Shown here piece by piece: positions 1 through 9,462 of a DNA stretch of 64,000 bases. Within the stretch, counting starts at the first letter, position 1. Every line of letters begins with the position of its first letter. The notes under the pieces are model-generated. The model was not told the origin of the DNA. It saw nothing but the letters and a program-made list of their open reading frames with translations, and made no database searches. A program made the position numbers and the translations under genes. Where the stretch lies: NCBI GenBank assembly GCA_963677925.2, contig CAXXYH010000003.1, positions 1,952,001 to 2,016,000 on the forward strand, in the 5' to 3' direction. The DNA is from Spirochaetia bacterium. Lineage in GTDB: Bacteria; Spirochaetota; Spirochaetia; UBA9216.

Positions 1-243
1 GGCTTTTTATTCAATACCCTGATTCTGCTCCAGGCAACAGGAAGGGCAAAGCAGGCGGCGATATTCGTGACATTGAGGATGCTTTTATTCTTCGTTCCGC
101 CCATGCTGATTATATGTCCCTACTTCGGGGCTATTGGAGTATGGCTGGCAAACCCCATTGCCGATCTTCTATCCAGTATAGCGGTGCTGATAGCATTAAG
201 GTATTTCATCAAATCAATTAGACGCGATCAGGTATATGTATAA
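1..243 (+). CDS. MATE family efflux transporter, C-terminal fragment (5' truncated by window)
   Basis: Frame 1 reads GFLFNTLILLQATGRAKQAAIFVTLRMLLFFVPPMLIICPYFGAIGVWLANPIADLL...YV*; the QAxG...R...P...G..GVW.A.P.AD pattern is typical of MATE C-termini. Not in the ORF track. Confidence 0.75.
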   Translation, partial: GFLFNTLILLQATGRAKQAAIFVTLRMLLFFVPPMLIICPYFGAIGVWLANPIADLLSSIAVLIALRYFIKSIRRDQVYV

Positions 244-3106
244 TTTCTCTGGGCTTGCTTCCGTTTGCCGGTCCTACGATTCCCCGGGCTTCCATTTCTT
301 CCACAAGTCTTGCCGCACGGTTATATCCAATCTTCAGCCTCCGCTGCAGATAGCTTGCTGAGGCTTTTCCGGCTTCAACTACTATTGTCACAGCCGATTC
401 CATCAGAGGATCCCCTGCTCCGGCATTTTCAAGCATGAATTCGGAACCGTCGTCCTCGGGAATGAAAATCTCATCGTCGATATACTCAGGCTCGCCCAGT
501 GTCTTCACATGATCGGTTACCCGTTCAACCTCTTCCTCAGAGAGGAAGGACCCCTGAATACGCGAAGGATTCGGATCCCAGGCAGAGGTGAAGAGCATGT
601 CACCCTTACCCAGCAGTTTGTCGGCACCGATTGTATCAAGAATAATTCTTGAGTCGGTCTTACTTGCAACCATAAATGCGATTCGGGATGGAATGTTCGC
701 CTTTATTAGACCGGTGATTACATCTACTGATGGCCGCTGTGTAGCAAGAACAAGGTGAATACCGACAGCACGGCTCATTGCGGCAAGTCTTGAGATTACA
801 TTCTCAAGCTCCTTTCCGGTTGTAGCCATAAGGTCTGCAAACTCATCTACTATGATAACTATATACGGCAAAGGCTCAGTGGTAAGCTTTGCGTTTACTA
901 CCTTTCGGTTAAAAGACTTGATATCCCTTACTCCAAGCGAATCGAGAAGTGAATAACGCCTTTCCATCTCACAGATACAATACTGGAGGGCCTGAAAAGC
1001 CTTCTTCGGTTCAGTAATTACAGGAGTGAGCAGATGAGGTATATCATTATAAAGCTTAAGCTCAACGATCTTGGGGTCTATAAGTATGAGTTTTACCTCT
1101 TCAGGTTTTCTCGAATAAAGTATTGAGCATATCAATGAATTGACGGAAACTGATTTTCCGGAACCCGTCGCTCCTGCAATAAGCATGTGCGGAGTCTGAA
1201 CAAGATCTATAATTCTTGCGCCGCCGGTGATATCCTTTCCAAGAACTACCGGTATGGACATTTTGGACTTACGAAGGTCTTCCGCTTCAAGGATTTCCTT
1301 AAAAGTAACTATTGCCCTCCGCTTATTAGGCACCTCAATTCCTACTGCGTGTTTACCGGGAATGGGTGCAACAATTCGAACACGGGAAGCAGCAAGACGA
1401 AGCGCGATATTATCTGCCAGATTTACAATCTTCGACAGCTTCACTCCGGGAGCCGGGAGTATTTCAAACATAGTAATAACAGGTCCCTTGCTTATTCCGG
1501 TAACCTCTGCTGCGATTCTGAATTCCTTAAGGGTTTCCTTCAGAACCTCTGAAGCCGCCTTCGTATCCTCGTCAACAACCCAGTAGTTGTCATCTTCAGG
1601 ACTTTCAAGAAGTTCATCGATAGGAACTGAGTATTTCTTCCGCCTTGTCTTCTTACGTGCAGGAGCCGCCTTTACCTGTGGCTCAGAGACCGCTGTCTGT
1701 ACAGAGTCAGCAACAGCCGGACCGGAGGACTCAGCTCTCACTTCATCATCCTGCTCTATTTCATCAGTAACATCTTCAAGCTCAAAATCAATATCTATAG
1801 CATCATCGTTATCGTCTTCGTCATCTTCGTCATCTTCGTCTTCGATGTCTTCGTCTTCGATGTCTTCGTCTTCGTCTTCAAACTCTTCAAGTTCATCGAT
1901 TCCATCCAGTTCAGAAAGCATTTCATCTCTTTCCTCAACACCTTCTATCTCAAGTTCGATAACGCCTGAGCTGACTTCAAGCCGCGGATCAGTATCTTTG
2001 GAGTCAAAATCATATTCATCAAATTCATCCGTGTCCGGGATTTTCCTGGTTTCAGGCTCGTAGCTGTCTTCAATAAATCCAAGCATTTCCGCTTCTGCCC
2101 AGACAGCTTTTGCCGCCTGCTCAATTTCAGCCTCATCCCCTCTGAGCGGGATGTCAGGGTTGCTGCTGAGCTTTTCTTTATTATCACTTTCAGAAACAGC
2201 AGCAGTTTCATCAATACTGGCAAGTTCCGGATCAAGATCCAGAGGCTCTACACTTTCTGCAAAATCAGGGTGACTCAAAATATCATCATCGACAGGTATT
2301 TCATCTTCATCCTGAAGATCCCATTCGCCGCCGGCAACAGAGACGAAGGAAGAATCTTCTTCTGATTCCGAAGGTTCTTCCGCAGTTACATCAACAGCTA
2401 TGCCGGCTTCTTCTTCCTCAATTTCTGATTCTATCTCTGGCAGAACAAACTCTTCATCTGCCTCGGGTGATTCATATTCATTATCCGCCTCCGCTTCAAT
2501 TTCAGCTTCCGGCAGTACATATTCATCATCATAGTCCTCATCATCTTCAGATGCAGAAATCAGCTCTGCAATTTCATCGGCATCATTTTTCAATGATACA
2601 GGAGCTGTTTTCTTAACAGCAGCAGCGGCAGGATCCATTTTTGGAGCTTTTCTCCTGACAGCAGAACTTCTTTTGACAGGCCTGCCAAAGCTGAGGATGA
2701 GGATCATGGCAAGGATTTCTGCAAGAAACAGCAGCCCAAGGATTAGAGAACTCCCGCGGAGACCGAAATTAATCAGCATGTAATCTATTGCCGGTGCCGA
2801 AGCTGAATAATCAAGAACCCTGACAAGAAGAGCAAGAGTTAAAAAAGCAGGAATTGAGAAAATAAGAACTGCAAAGACTCTGGGCTTGAGGTAGTCAGCT
2901 GCAATCAGGACCGCACACATCATAAAATATACGGGCAGATACAAAGCGGTTATATTAAAACTTTTATAAAGAAACTCGCCGGTCAGATATGCACCGGGAA
3001 TGCCGACAGGTCTGGCCTGAACGGCTGAAAGTAAAGAGAATAACAGATACAGCCCCGCGGCAGTAATAATCAAAGCTGGCAACAATCTGAAGGCTTTATT
3101 CTTCAA
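218..3106 (-). CDS. ftsK: DNA translocase FtsK/SpoIIIE
   Basis: N-terminal TM helices, long acidic linker, Walker A GATGSGKS, IIVDEFADLM, LATQRPSVDVITG, gamma domain ASYLQRRLKIGYNRAARL; TTG start after GAGGAG. Confidence 0.96.
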   Translation of the reverse strand: MKNKAFRLLPALIITAAGLYLLFSLLSAVQARPVGIPGAYLTGEFLYKSFNITALYLPVYFMMCAVLIAADYLKPRVFAVLIFSIPAFLTLALLVRVLDYSASAPAIDYMLINFGLRGSSLILGLLFLAEILAMILILSFGRPVKRSSAVRRKAPKMDPAAAAVKKTAPVSLKNDADEIAELISASEDDEDYDDEYVLPEAEIEAEADNEYESPEADEEFVLPEIESEIEEEEAGIAVDVTAEEPSESEEDSSFVSVAGGEWDLQDEDEIPVDDDILSHPDFAESVEPLDLDPELASIDETAAVSESDNKEKLSSNPDIPLRGDEAEIEQAAKAVWAEAEMLGFIEDSYEPETRKIPDTDEFDEYDFDSKDTDPRLEVSSGVIELEIEGVEERDEMLSELDGIDELEEFEDEDEDIEDEDIEDEDDEDDEDDNDDAIDIDFELEDVTDEIEQDDEVRAESSGPAVADSVQTAVSEPQVKAAPARKKTRRKKYSVPIDELLESPEDDNYWVVDEDTKAASEVLKETLKEFRIAAEVTGISKGPVITMFEILPAPGVKLSKIVNLADNIALRLAASRVRIVAPIPGKHAVGIEVPNKRRAIVTFKEILEAEDLRKSKMSIPVVLGKDITGGARIIDLVQTPHMLIAGATGSGKSVSVNSLICSILYSRKPEEVKLILIDPKIVELKLYNDIPHLLTPVITEPKKAFQALQYCICEMERRYSLLDSLGVRDIKSFNRKVVNAKLTTEPLPYIVIIVDEFADLMATTGKELENVISRLAAMSRAVGIHLVLATQRPSVDVITGLIKANIPSRIAFMVASKTDSRIILDTIGADKLLGKGDMLFTSAWDPNPSRIQGSFLSEEEVERVTDHVKTLGEPEYIDDEIFIPEDDGSEFMLENAGAGDPLMESAVTIVVEAGKASASYLQRRLKIGYNRAARLVEEMEARGIVGPANGSKPREIIHIPDRV
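1815..1880. repeat. Coding microsatellite-like repeat in the FtsK linker
   Basis: (tcttcgtca)x2 at 1815-1832, (tcttcgtcttcgatg)x2 at 1833-1862, then tcttcg units; encodes EDEDEDIEDEDIEDEDDEDDED. Confidence 0.8.
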
Positions 3107-3190
3107 AACATACTCCTCATCAGTAGATTATCGGATAATCCTCACCGGATTCTGAGTATAAATTAAGGATAGCAGGCGAATTGCCTTAAG

Positions 3191-3988
3191 CTATAGCAGG
3201 AAAAAGCTGATTACTGCAAAGGGGATAAGATAGAAGCTGAAATAATGCAGTTTATCCTTTTTAATGACAGAAAGCAGAAAAAGCACTGACAGGTAGCCTA
3301 CAATAAAAGCGGAAAGCCATCCTGCAATTATAGCACCAGCAGAAACATCACCTGTAAGCTCGCCGAAATCTTTAAGTTCCAAAAGCAGAGCCCCGCCGAT
3401 TGCGGGTATGGAGAGAATGAAAGAATATTCTGCTGCCTTTTCCCTGCTTATACCCGAAAAAAGAGATGCGGCTATGGTCATACCTGAGCGGGAGATGCCG
3501 GGGAATACGGCAATACCCTGGGCAATGCCTGTGATAACGGCTGTTTTAGGCCCTATTTTATCATAGCCGTGGCCCTCAGTTTTAATAAGCCTTGTGAGAA
3601 TCAGTATTAAAGCGGTAAAAAGAAAGAGTACAGACACAATTTTGGGCTTATCAGCAAAGCCCAGACCTTCAATAAAAAAACCCAGCGCCGCTGTAAAAAC
3701 ACTTGCACCAAGAACAACCAGAACGAGCCTGAGGTTTACAGTATCCTCAGGCCTTTTTTTCCCGGTTATCAGGCGAAACAGCGAAACCAGAATTTCACCG
3801 ATTACCTTTCTGAATACTATAATAACAACTGCAAGCGTAGCGGTGTGCAGGATAATGTCAAAAAGAACAGGGACATCTCCCAGACTCATAAAATTCCTGA
3901 AAACAACCAGATGGCCAGAACTTGATACAGGCAGAAATTCGGCAATGCCCTGAAGGGCTCCAAGCAGTATAGATTGCAGTATGGTCAT
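3191..3988 (-). CDS. uppP: Undecaprenyl-diphosphate phosphatase (BacA family)
   Basis: QGIAEFLPVSSSGHL and PGISRSG motifs; polytopic membrane protein. Confidence 0.95.
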   Translation of the reverse strand: MTILQSILLGALQGIAEFLPVSSSGHLVVFRNFMSLGDVPVLFDIILHTATLAVVIIVFRKVIGEILVSLFRLITGKKRPEDTVNLRLVLVVLGASVFTAALGFFIEGLGFADKPKIVSVLFLFTALILILTRLIKTEGHGYDKIGPKTAVITGIAQGIAVFPGISRSGMTIAASLFSGISREKAAEYSFILSIPAIGGALLLELKDFGELTGDVSAGAIIAGWLSAFIVGYLSVLFLLSVIKKDKLHYFSFYLIPFAVISFFLL

Positions 3989-3999
3989 AGGTACTCCAG

Positions 4000-6099
4000 T
4001 TAAATCTCAGTATCATCCGCAGATGCAGTCAGAAAAGGAAAAAACAATTCTCTCACCGCCAGAGGCGTGTTTTTAAAATAGAGCATTCCATAAACTGCAG
4101 ATGCAGTCAATACTCTCTTTCCGTAATCATGGGTTTCAAGCACAGGCACAGCCTCGAACAGCAGATCATAGGGCAGTCCGTACAGATTTTGCTCCCATCG
4201 TTTAACCCTTCCGGGACCTCCGTTATAGGATATCACAGCTGCCGGAATATTTCCGACGTAGCCGATTAACCAGTTGAAATACCAGGATCCGAAAAACAGG
4301 TTGTCCTCGGGATTGTATAAATCATAATCATAGACGCCTGTCCGCCAGGCCATTTCCTCTGCAGTTGACGGCATGAGCTGGCATAGACCTATAGCGCCGG
4401 AACGCGACACAATGTCCGAATCAAAGCCGCTTTCCTTCCAGACCAGACCTGACAGAACTTCAGCAGGGATCATCTGCTGCTCTGCAGCCCTCCTTATTTC
4501 ACGGCTGTAAGCCTCCGGATAAAGCCGTTTAAGTCCTTCAACAGTAAGTTCTCCGGGATACTGATACATTAGTCTGATTGACTCAAGATACAGCTCTGCC
4601 CCGCAAAAGCTGTCGGCAGCATAAATGAACAGTTTTTCGGATAATATATTTCTGTACTTCCTGACAGCCTCTGCAGCCCGATCATAGAGCCGGAATTCAA
4701 TATACCCTATGATGAAAGCCTCAGTATCACTGTACAGTAGAGGAGATGGATCTGTGTCCTGAGGAATTTCCGGAAGATTTCCCGTTCCAAGAAGGCTATA
4801 GTACGAACTTGAATATTCAGTTGAAAAAACATAGGGTTCAATCCAGCCCATATCTGCTGCTCTTTCCGATATATAACGGCAGCGGTCATATATCTCTGCC
4901 GGACCGGAGTGTTCAAAGATCTTCGCAAGATCCTGCAGAAGCTGCCATCTGCGGGCTGTTGTGAGCTCGGTGACAAGCCGCTCAAGCACATCCGAGTAGT
5001 AATCAGGATCATCCCACTCCGCAGCGTATTCAGACATCTCTGCAGCCGCAGCGGCTGGATCCCGTCTGATTTTCAGATCCATATAATACCATAGGCGCCT
5101 GGAATCTTTAAAAAGAGAACCGTCTTCTGCGGATGCTGAAAGAAATGAAAGCGCATCTGAATAATAACCGGCTCTTCTTGAGAGCCGCGCAGCGGTAAAA
5201 TAATACTCACGGCTTTTATCCGGATCGGAATCCTCCAGACTCTCTGCTGCATCCCTGAAAACAAGCCGACCGCTCACTGCCCTGCCGTTCATGATATAAC
5301 AGCTTTCAAGCTCCTTATCCAGAGCAGTCAGAGAACCGGAGGCAAACGGTATACCGGGATTTTCATGAAAAGCCTTTTCCAGCCGCACCAGAGCCTCCCG
5401 GTATTCGCCTTTGGCATATAAATAACGGCCGGTGAATAGAGCCTCCATTCCGGGAAAATATTCCAGAGGAGACTCCTCCTTCTGCAGAAGGTAGTCCCAG
5501 GCTCTCGATATCAATGAAGAATCTGAAACTTCCATAAAAAGGCTGACCCAGCTCTTACTCCATCCGGAGGCTGAGAGCCTGTATGCTGTAACAGCCTGAA
5601 AAAGCTTCAGTTCCTCATCACTGCCGTACTCAGAAAAACCGGAAAGCGAATCAACAGCGGCTTCTACCTCTGAATCACTTCGTGACCAGTAGATAGTTTC
5701 AGCAGCCTGCCGCCTTATTTCATAAGAATCGGGGAATTCCCCGCTTGCAATCGAGGAATAGAACAGGGCGTCCTTCCAGTTTTCAGCTGCTGTATCAGCT
5801 TTGAGAGTTAAAAGAGCCGCCTGCTCCCGGATAAACCCGACCCCTTCATACCAGGCATGCCTGGCAAGCATCGATGAAATCCGGTATTCTCCGTTATCAA
5901 ATAAACGGCAGGCAAGATAGTAAGCCCCCCGGGGATCGGTCGCTGCGATCTGGTCTTCACTTATCTCAAGAGCTCCGACAGTACCATCTTCAACGGCCGA
6001 CCTGATTACTTCTTCATCATATGCGGCCAGTTCTTCATAACTGCATGAGCTGAATAATAATAAACTAAGGAGGAGAGACAGGGTAAAAATCTTATACAT
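4000..6099 (-). CDS. Lipoprotein lytic transglycosylase (Slt-like; helical N-terminus, C-terminal SLT domain)
   Basis: Lipobox FSSC; WKESGF, SGAIGLCQLMPSTA, SYNGGPG, ET.DY motifs. Confidence 0.88.
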   Translation of the reverse strand: MYKIFTLSLLLSLLLFSSCSYEELAAYDEEVIRSAVEDGTVGALEISEDQIAATDPRGAYYLACRLFDNGEYRISSMLARHAWYEGVGFIREQAALLTLKADTAAENWKDALFYSSIASGEFPDSYEIRRQAAETIYWSRSDSEVEAAVDSLSGFSEYGSDEELKLFQAVTAYRLSASGWSKSWVSLFMEVSDSSLISRAWDYLLQKEESPLEYFPGMEALFTGRYLYAKGEYREALVRLEKAFHENPGIPFASGSLTALDKELESCYIMNGRAVSGRLVFRDAAESLEDSDPDKSREYYFTAARLSRRAGYYSDALSFLSASAEDGSLFKDSRRLWYYMDLKIRRDPAAAAAEMSEYAAEWDDPDYYSDVLERLVTELTTARRWQLLQDLAKIFEHSGPAEIYDRCRYISERAADMGWIEPYVFSTEYSSSYYSLLGTGNLPEIPQDTDPSPLLYSDTEAFIIGYIEFRLYDRAAEAVRKYRNILSEKLFIYAADSFCGAELYLESIRLMYQYPGELTVEGLKRLYPEAYSREIRRAAEQQMIPAEVLSGLVWKESGFDSDIVSRSGAIGLCQLMPSTAEEMAWRTGVYDYDLYNPEDNLFFGSWYFNWLIGYVGNIPAAVISYNGGPGRVKRWEQNLYGLPYDLLFEAVPVLETHDYGKRVLTASAVYGMLYFKNTPLAVRELFFPFLTASADDTEI

Positions 6100-6116
6100 T
6101 ACAGAGAGAGTATAGC

Positions 6117-7382
6117 TCAGTTCTCCGGAATAAAAATATCTGTTCCAGCGTAAATCAAATCAGGATTTTTAATTCTGTTTGTTTCCGCGATTATCCCATA
6201 GAGCCAGGGGGTTCTGTAGAAGGATATTGAAAGGTTCCAGAGATTATCTCCCCATTTGAGCCTGTACCATACACCGCCGCCGCTTCCGACCGGGGGAACT
6301 CCGTCGGAAGAAGTCCTTTTTGCTGTAGAGGGAGCAGTGTCCTGCACAACAGTTTTCTCAGGCTCCGGTGCTTTTTCCGCTGCGGGAACCTTCGGCTCTT
6401 CTTTTACAACAATTTCAGGCTCTGTTTTTTCGGGTTCGGTATATGCAGGTTCTGCAGCTTCAGGTTTTTCCGCTTCTGCAGTCTTATCTGTCTCCTGTAC
6501 AGTCTGTTCTGTGCCGGCTTCCAGGGGCGGAACGGCCTCACCCCCGGAATTTCTGAGGAAGAGAAAGGCTCCTATCCCAAGAATAAGCAGGATAAGTATT
6601 ATCACAATAAGAAGAACGGGGGATTTTTTCTCCTTTACAGGTGCAGAGTCTTCTTCAGTTTCATCTTCTTCACTGCTGTAATAGTCATCAGGAAAGCCTT
6701 CATACTGAAAGGGCTTATCTTCTTCGTCTTCGGGCTCATCGCTTTCGAATGTATCAGAATCAGGTTCTTCAGTATCAAAAGATCCTGCACTTAATGCATC
6801 GGCATCATCATCAAAAGAAAAATCATCATCAAAATCCGTATCTGCTTCGGTATCGAAACCGGAATCAAAGTCTTCTGAGAGAGGTTCCTCAGAATCGCTT
6901 CCGAAAACATCTTCATCAAGTCCGGATGTGTCCAGTTCATCGTCATCAAAGCTGAAATCAATAGAATCTTCTTCTTCAGGCTCCGGGATATCGCCGAACA
7001 TGGAATCTTCATCAATTTCAAAATCCGGAGTCGTGAAATCCTTTTCTTCAAGAGATTTCAGGCTGACACTGAGACTCTGTCTGTCTCCTGTAGCCATGTC
7101 CCCGGCCTGAGCATTCAGGTTGCCTTCATCATCTACACCGACAATAAGCTCAATTGACGGCTCTTTCTTTGCTGAAGGTTTGATATCTTCAATAACCAGG
7201 CTGCCGACATACTTAGCATCAGTAAGCGCCTCGCCCTCACCTTCGTATAAATCAATCTGAACACTTTCCTGGTCATCATTAACAGTAGTAAGTATCAGCT
7301 TCTTTTTTTTACTGTCTGAACGTCCCATAACAGGATAATATGTTCCGTCAGCAATTTTTATTCCTATAGTAGATTCTTCCAT
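6117..7382 (-). CDS. Single-pass membrane protein: Hsp70 substrate-binding-like domain, acidic linker, TM helix, C-terminal LysM
   Basis: N-term TTVNDDQESVQIDLYEGE...PSIELIVGVDDEGNLNAQAGDMATG resembles DnaK SBD-beta; TM VLLIVIILILLILGIGAFLFL; C-term YRLKWGDNLWNLS...NRIKNPDLIYAGTDIFIP is LysM. Confidence 0.82.
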   Translation of the reverse strand: MEESTIGIKIADGTYYPVMGRSDSKKKKLILTTVNDDQESVQIDLYEGEGEALTDAKYVGSLVIEDIKPSAKKEPSIELIVGVDDEGNLNAQAGDMATGDRQSLSVSLKSLEEKDFTTPDFEIDEDSMFGDIPEPEEEDSIDFSFDDDELDTSGLDEDVFGSDSEEPLSEDFDSGFDTEADTDFDDDFSFDDDADALSAGSFDTEEPDSDTFESDEPEDEEDKPFQYEGFPDDYYSSEEDETEEDSAPVKEKKSPVLLIVIILILLILGIGAFLFLRNSGGEAVPPLEAGTEQTVQETDKTAEAEKPEAAEPAYTEPEKTEPEIVVKEEPKVPAAEKAPEPEKTVVQDTAPSTAKRTSSDGVPPVGSGGGVWYRLKWGDNLWNLSISFYRTPWLYGIIAETNRIKNPDLIYAGTDIFIPEN

Positions 7383-7400
7383 AAATGAATACCTCTATTA

Positions 7401-7473
7401 AGCGTATGATCCGCCTATTTGTTTGTCAATAATTTTTATCTAACTTGACATTTACATTATCAAACACAATAAT
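7401..7473. promoter_or_regulatory. Divergent sigma70-type promoters
   Basis: Minus: TTGACA(7429-7424)-17-TACGCT(7406-7401). Plus: TTGACA(7445-7450)-17-AATAAT(7468-7473), 5 nt before ATG 7479. Confidence 0.6.
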
Positions 7474-7478
7474 AAACC

Positions 7479-8849
7479 ATGCTTGGTCTTGAATCGTATG
7501 TAATCATACCGCTCATGGTTTCAGTCGCTGCTATTATTATCGTCCTCTTAGCCATAAAAGGTAGAAAGAATTCTAAATCATATTCAAAACTTCAAAAAGG
7601 CAAGGCGAATGACCGTTCAGCGGTTATGAAGGAAGCCCAGAGAAGACTTTCGTCAAACCCCAAAGATCCCGCAGCGCTGGTTTATCTTGCAGAAATGTAC
7701 TACAACGATAAAAACTGGGATAAGGCCTTTAAACTTTATGATGTTCTGCTTGAACTCTGTGCCACGGACAAGGAACTCGACGAGTTTTCAATTACCTTGA
7801 AGCACGCCGTCTGTGCTCTGAACACAAAGCAGTACAAGGTTGCGTACAAGGGCTTCATGCTTGCCAGGACTGTGAATTCAGATGTCTTTATTATCAATTA
7901 CAACCTTGGGTATCTCGAATACATGAGAAAGAACTATGAAAAGGCTGTAGGGTTTCTTAACCAGGCAAAGACACAGAAGGCTGATGATCTAAATACATAC
8001 AAATATCTGGGCTTAAGTCTTTTTAAGATGAATAAATATACGGACGCCTCAGAAGTCCTCAAAAAAACAATAGAGATGGACCCGGAAAACAAGGAACTGG
8101 TTTTTTCACTCGGAGAATGTTATTACAATCTGGGCCAGTCTGATGCAGCCCTGCGGGTTTTCGGTTCAATAAGAACGGATCCAAAGTACGGAGCGCACGC
8201 ATGTATATACGCCGGTACCATATCTTTGAAATTCAGGAATTATGACCAGGCGGCGATGTATTTTGAGCTTGGGCTGAAAAATCCAAGCGTTAAACCCGAG
8301 GTTGTCATGGAATTGCGGTACAGGCTTGCAAACTGCTATATCAAGGCTTCCAAGATTTCTTCAGCCATCATACCTCTGCAGCAGATATATGAAGCTAACC
8401 CTAATTATAAGGATACGGCGGCTCTGCTTAAAAACTACGGTGAACTCAACCAGAACTCCAATCTGCAGCTTTTTCTAATAGGCCCGATGCCGCAGTTTGT
8501 AAGTATGTGCAGAAAACTCACATCCGAGTTCTTTCCAAAAACCAAAATCAAGGTAATGGAGATCTCAAAACAGCAGAATGACTATGTAGACATGCTTGTT
8601 GAGGTAGTAGCTCCAAAATGGGAAGACATTGTTCTGTTCAGAATGGTTCGGTCATCCGGACAGACAGGAGAACTGATAGTCAGGGATCTTTACGGGAAAA
8701 TCAAGGAAACAAGGGCAGGAAGAGGAATATGTATTTCGGCCGGATATTTTACCGATGGAGCCAAGAACTTTGTCGAAGCAAGGCTGATCGACCTCATCGA
8801 AAAGGAAGCTCTTGTTAAAAAGATGGAAAGAATTACTGTTTCGGTTTAA
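7479..8849 (+). CDS. Membrane-anchored TPR protein with C-terminal Mrr-like (restriction endonuclease fold) domain
   Basis: N-terminal TM, multiple TPR-like repeats (e.g. YNLGYLEY, FSLGECYYNLG), C-term VDMLV...GELIVRDLYG...GRGICISAGYFTDGA...IDLIE like Mrr_cat. Confidence 0.75.
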   Translation: MLGLESYVIIPLMVSVAAIIIVLLAIKGRKNSKSYSKLQKGKANDRSAVMKEAQRRLSSNPKDPAALVYLAEMYYNDKNWDKAFKLYDVLLELCATDKELDEFSITLKHAVCALNTKQYKVAYKGFMLARTVNSDVFIINYNLGYLEYMRKNYEKAVGFLNQAKTQKADDLNTYKYLGLSLFKMNKYTDASEVLKKTIEMDPENKELVFSLGECYYNLGQSDAALRVFGSIRTDPKYGAHACIYAGTISLKFRNYDQAAMYFELGLKNPSVKPEVVMELRYRLANCYIKASKISSAIIPLQQIYEANPNYKDTAALLKNYGELNQNSNLQLFLIGPMPQFVSMCRKLTSEFFPKTKIKVMEISKQQNDYVDMLVEVVAPKWEDIVLFRMVRSSGQTGELIVRDLYGKIKETRAGRGICISAGYFTDGAKNFVEARLIDLIEKEALVKKMERITVSV

Positions 8850-9462
8850 TTACTAGAAGATTACGCTCTTCATCCAGAAAGGGGACATCCAGACTAGTAA
8901 CAGAGAAGCCGTCGGTTAAACTGCAGCGCTTCAGATCCGCCTGAACTGAATCCATTCTGCCCTTATATGCGGCAATTATCCCCCCGGGCCTTGTAATCCG
9001 CTGCAGTTCGCCGTAATACTCCGAAAAATCCCTGAAAGCCCTCAATACCGTAAGGTCAAAAACATCATGAACATCTTCAATATTGCTCTCTACAATCTCA
9101 ACACGATCAACCAGGCCCAGAACAGCAGCTGTACTTCGAAGAAAACCGGCTTTTTTACCTGAGCGCTCAATAAGAGAAAAGCTATATTCCGGCAGCATTA
9201 CAGCCAGGGGAATACCAGGAAATCCTCCTCCGGAGCCGACATCTGCTACTCTTTCAGCCTGAATATTCTTCAGAATATTCAGCGGGGCAAGAGAATCAAG
9301 CAGGTGCCTGATTACCAGCTTGTCTCTTTCCGAATCGGATACCAGATTCATTTTGCGGTTCCAGAGTTCTATTTCAGCAATATACGCCTCAAGCTGTCCA
9401 TGCTGCCGTGAGCTGAATTCTATACCGAGCCTGTTAAGCCCCTGTCCCAGCAGACTATTCAT
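8833..9462 (-). CDS. rsmG: 16S rRNA m7G527 methyltransferase
   Basis: [29 protein letters not shown]; directly after mnmG. Confidence 0.95.
   Translation of the reverse strand: MNSLLGQGLNRLGIEFSSRQHGQLEAYIAEIELWNRKMNLVSDSERDKLVIRHLLDSLAPLNILKNIQAERVADVGSGGGFPGIPLAVMLPEYSFSLIERSGKKAGFLRSTAAVLGLVDRVEIVESNIEDVHDVFDLTVLRAFRDFSEYYGELQRITRPGGIIAAYKGRMDSVQADLKRCSLTDGFSVTSLDVPFLDEERNLLVIKPKQ

Noticed and set aside
1587-2063. Poly-Ser ORF on the plus strand
   Set aside because: Antisense shadow of the Asp/Glu codons in the ftsK linker.
7479-8849. Active restriction or anti-phage system
   Set aside because: Catalytic motif appears degenerate; no methylase or defence-island context.
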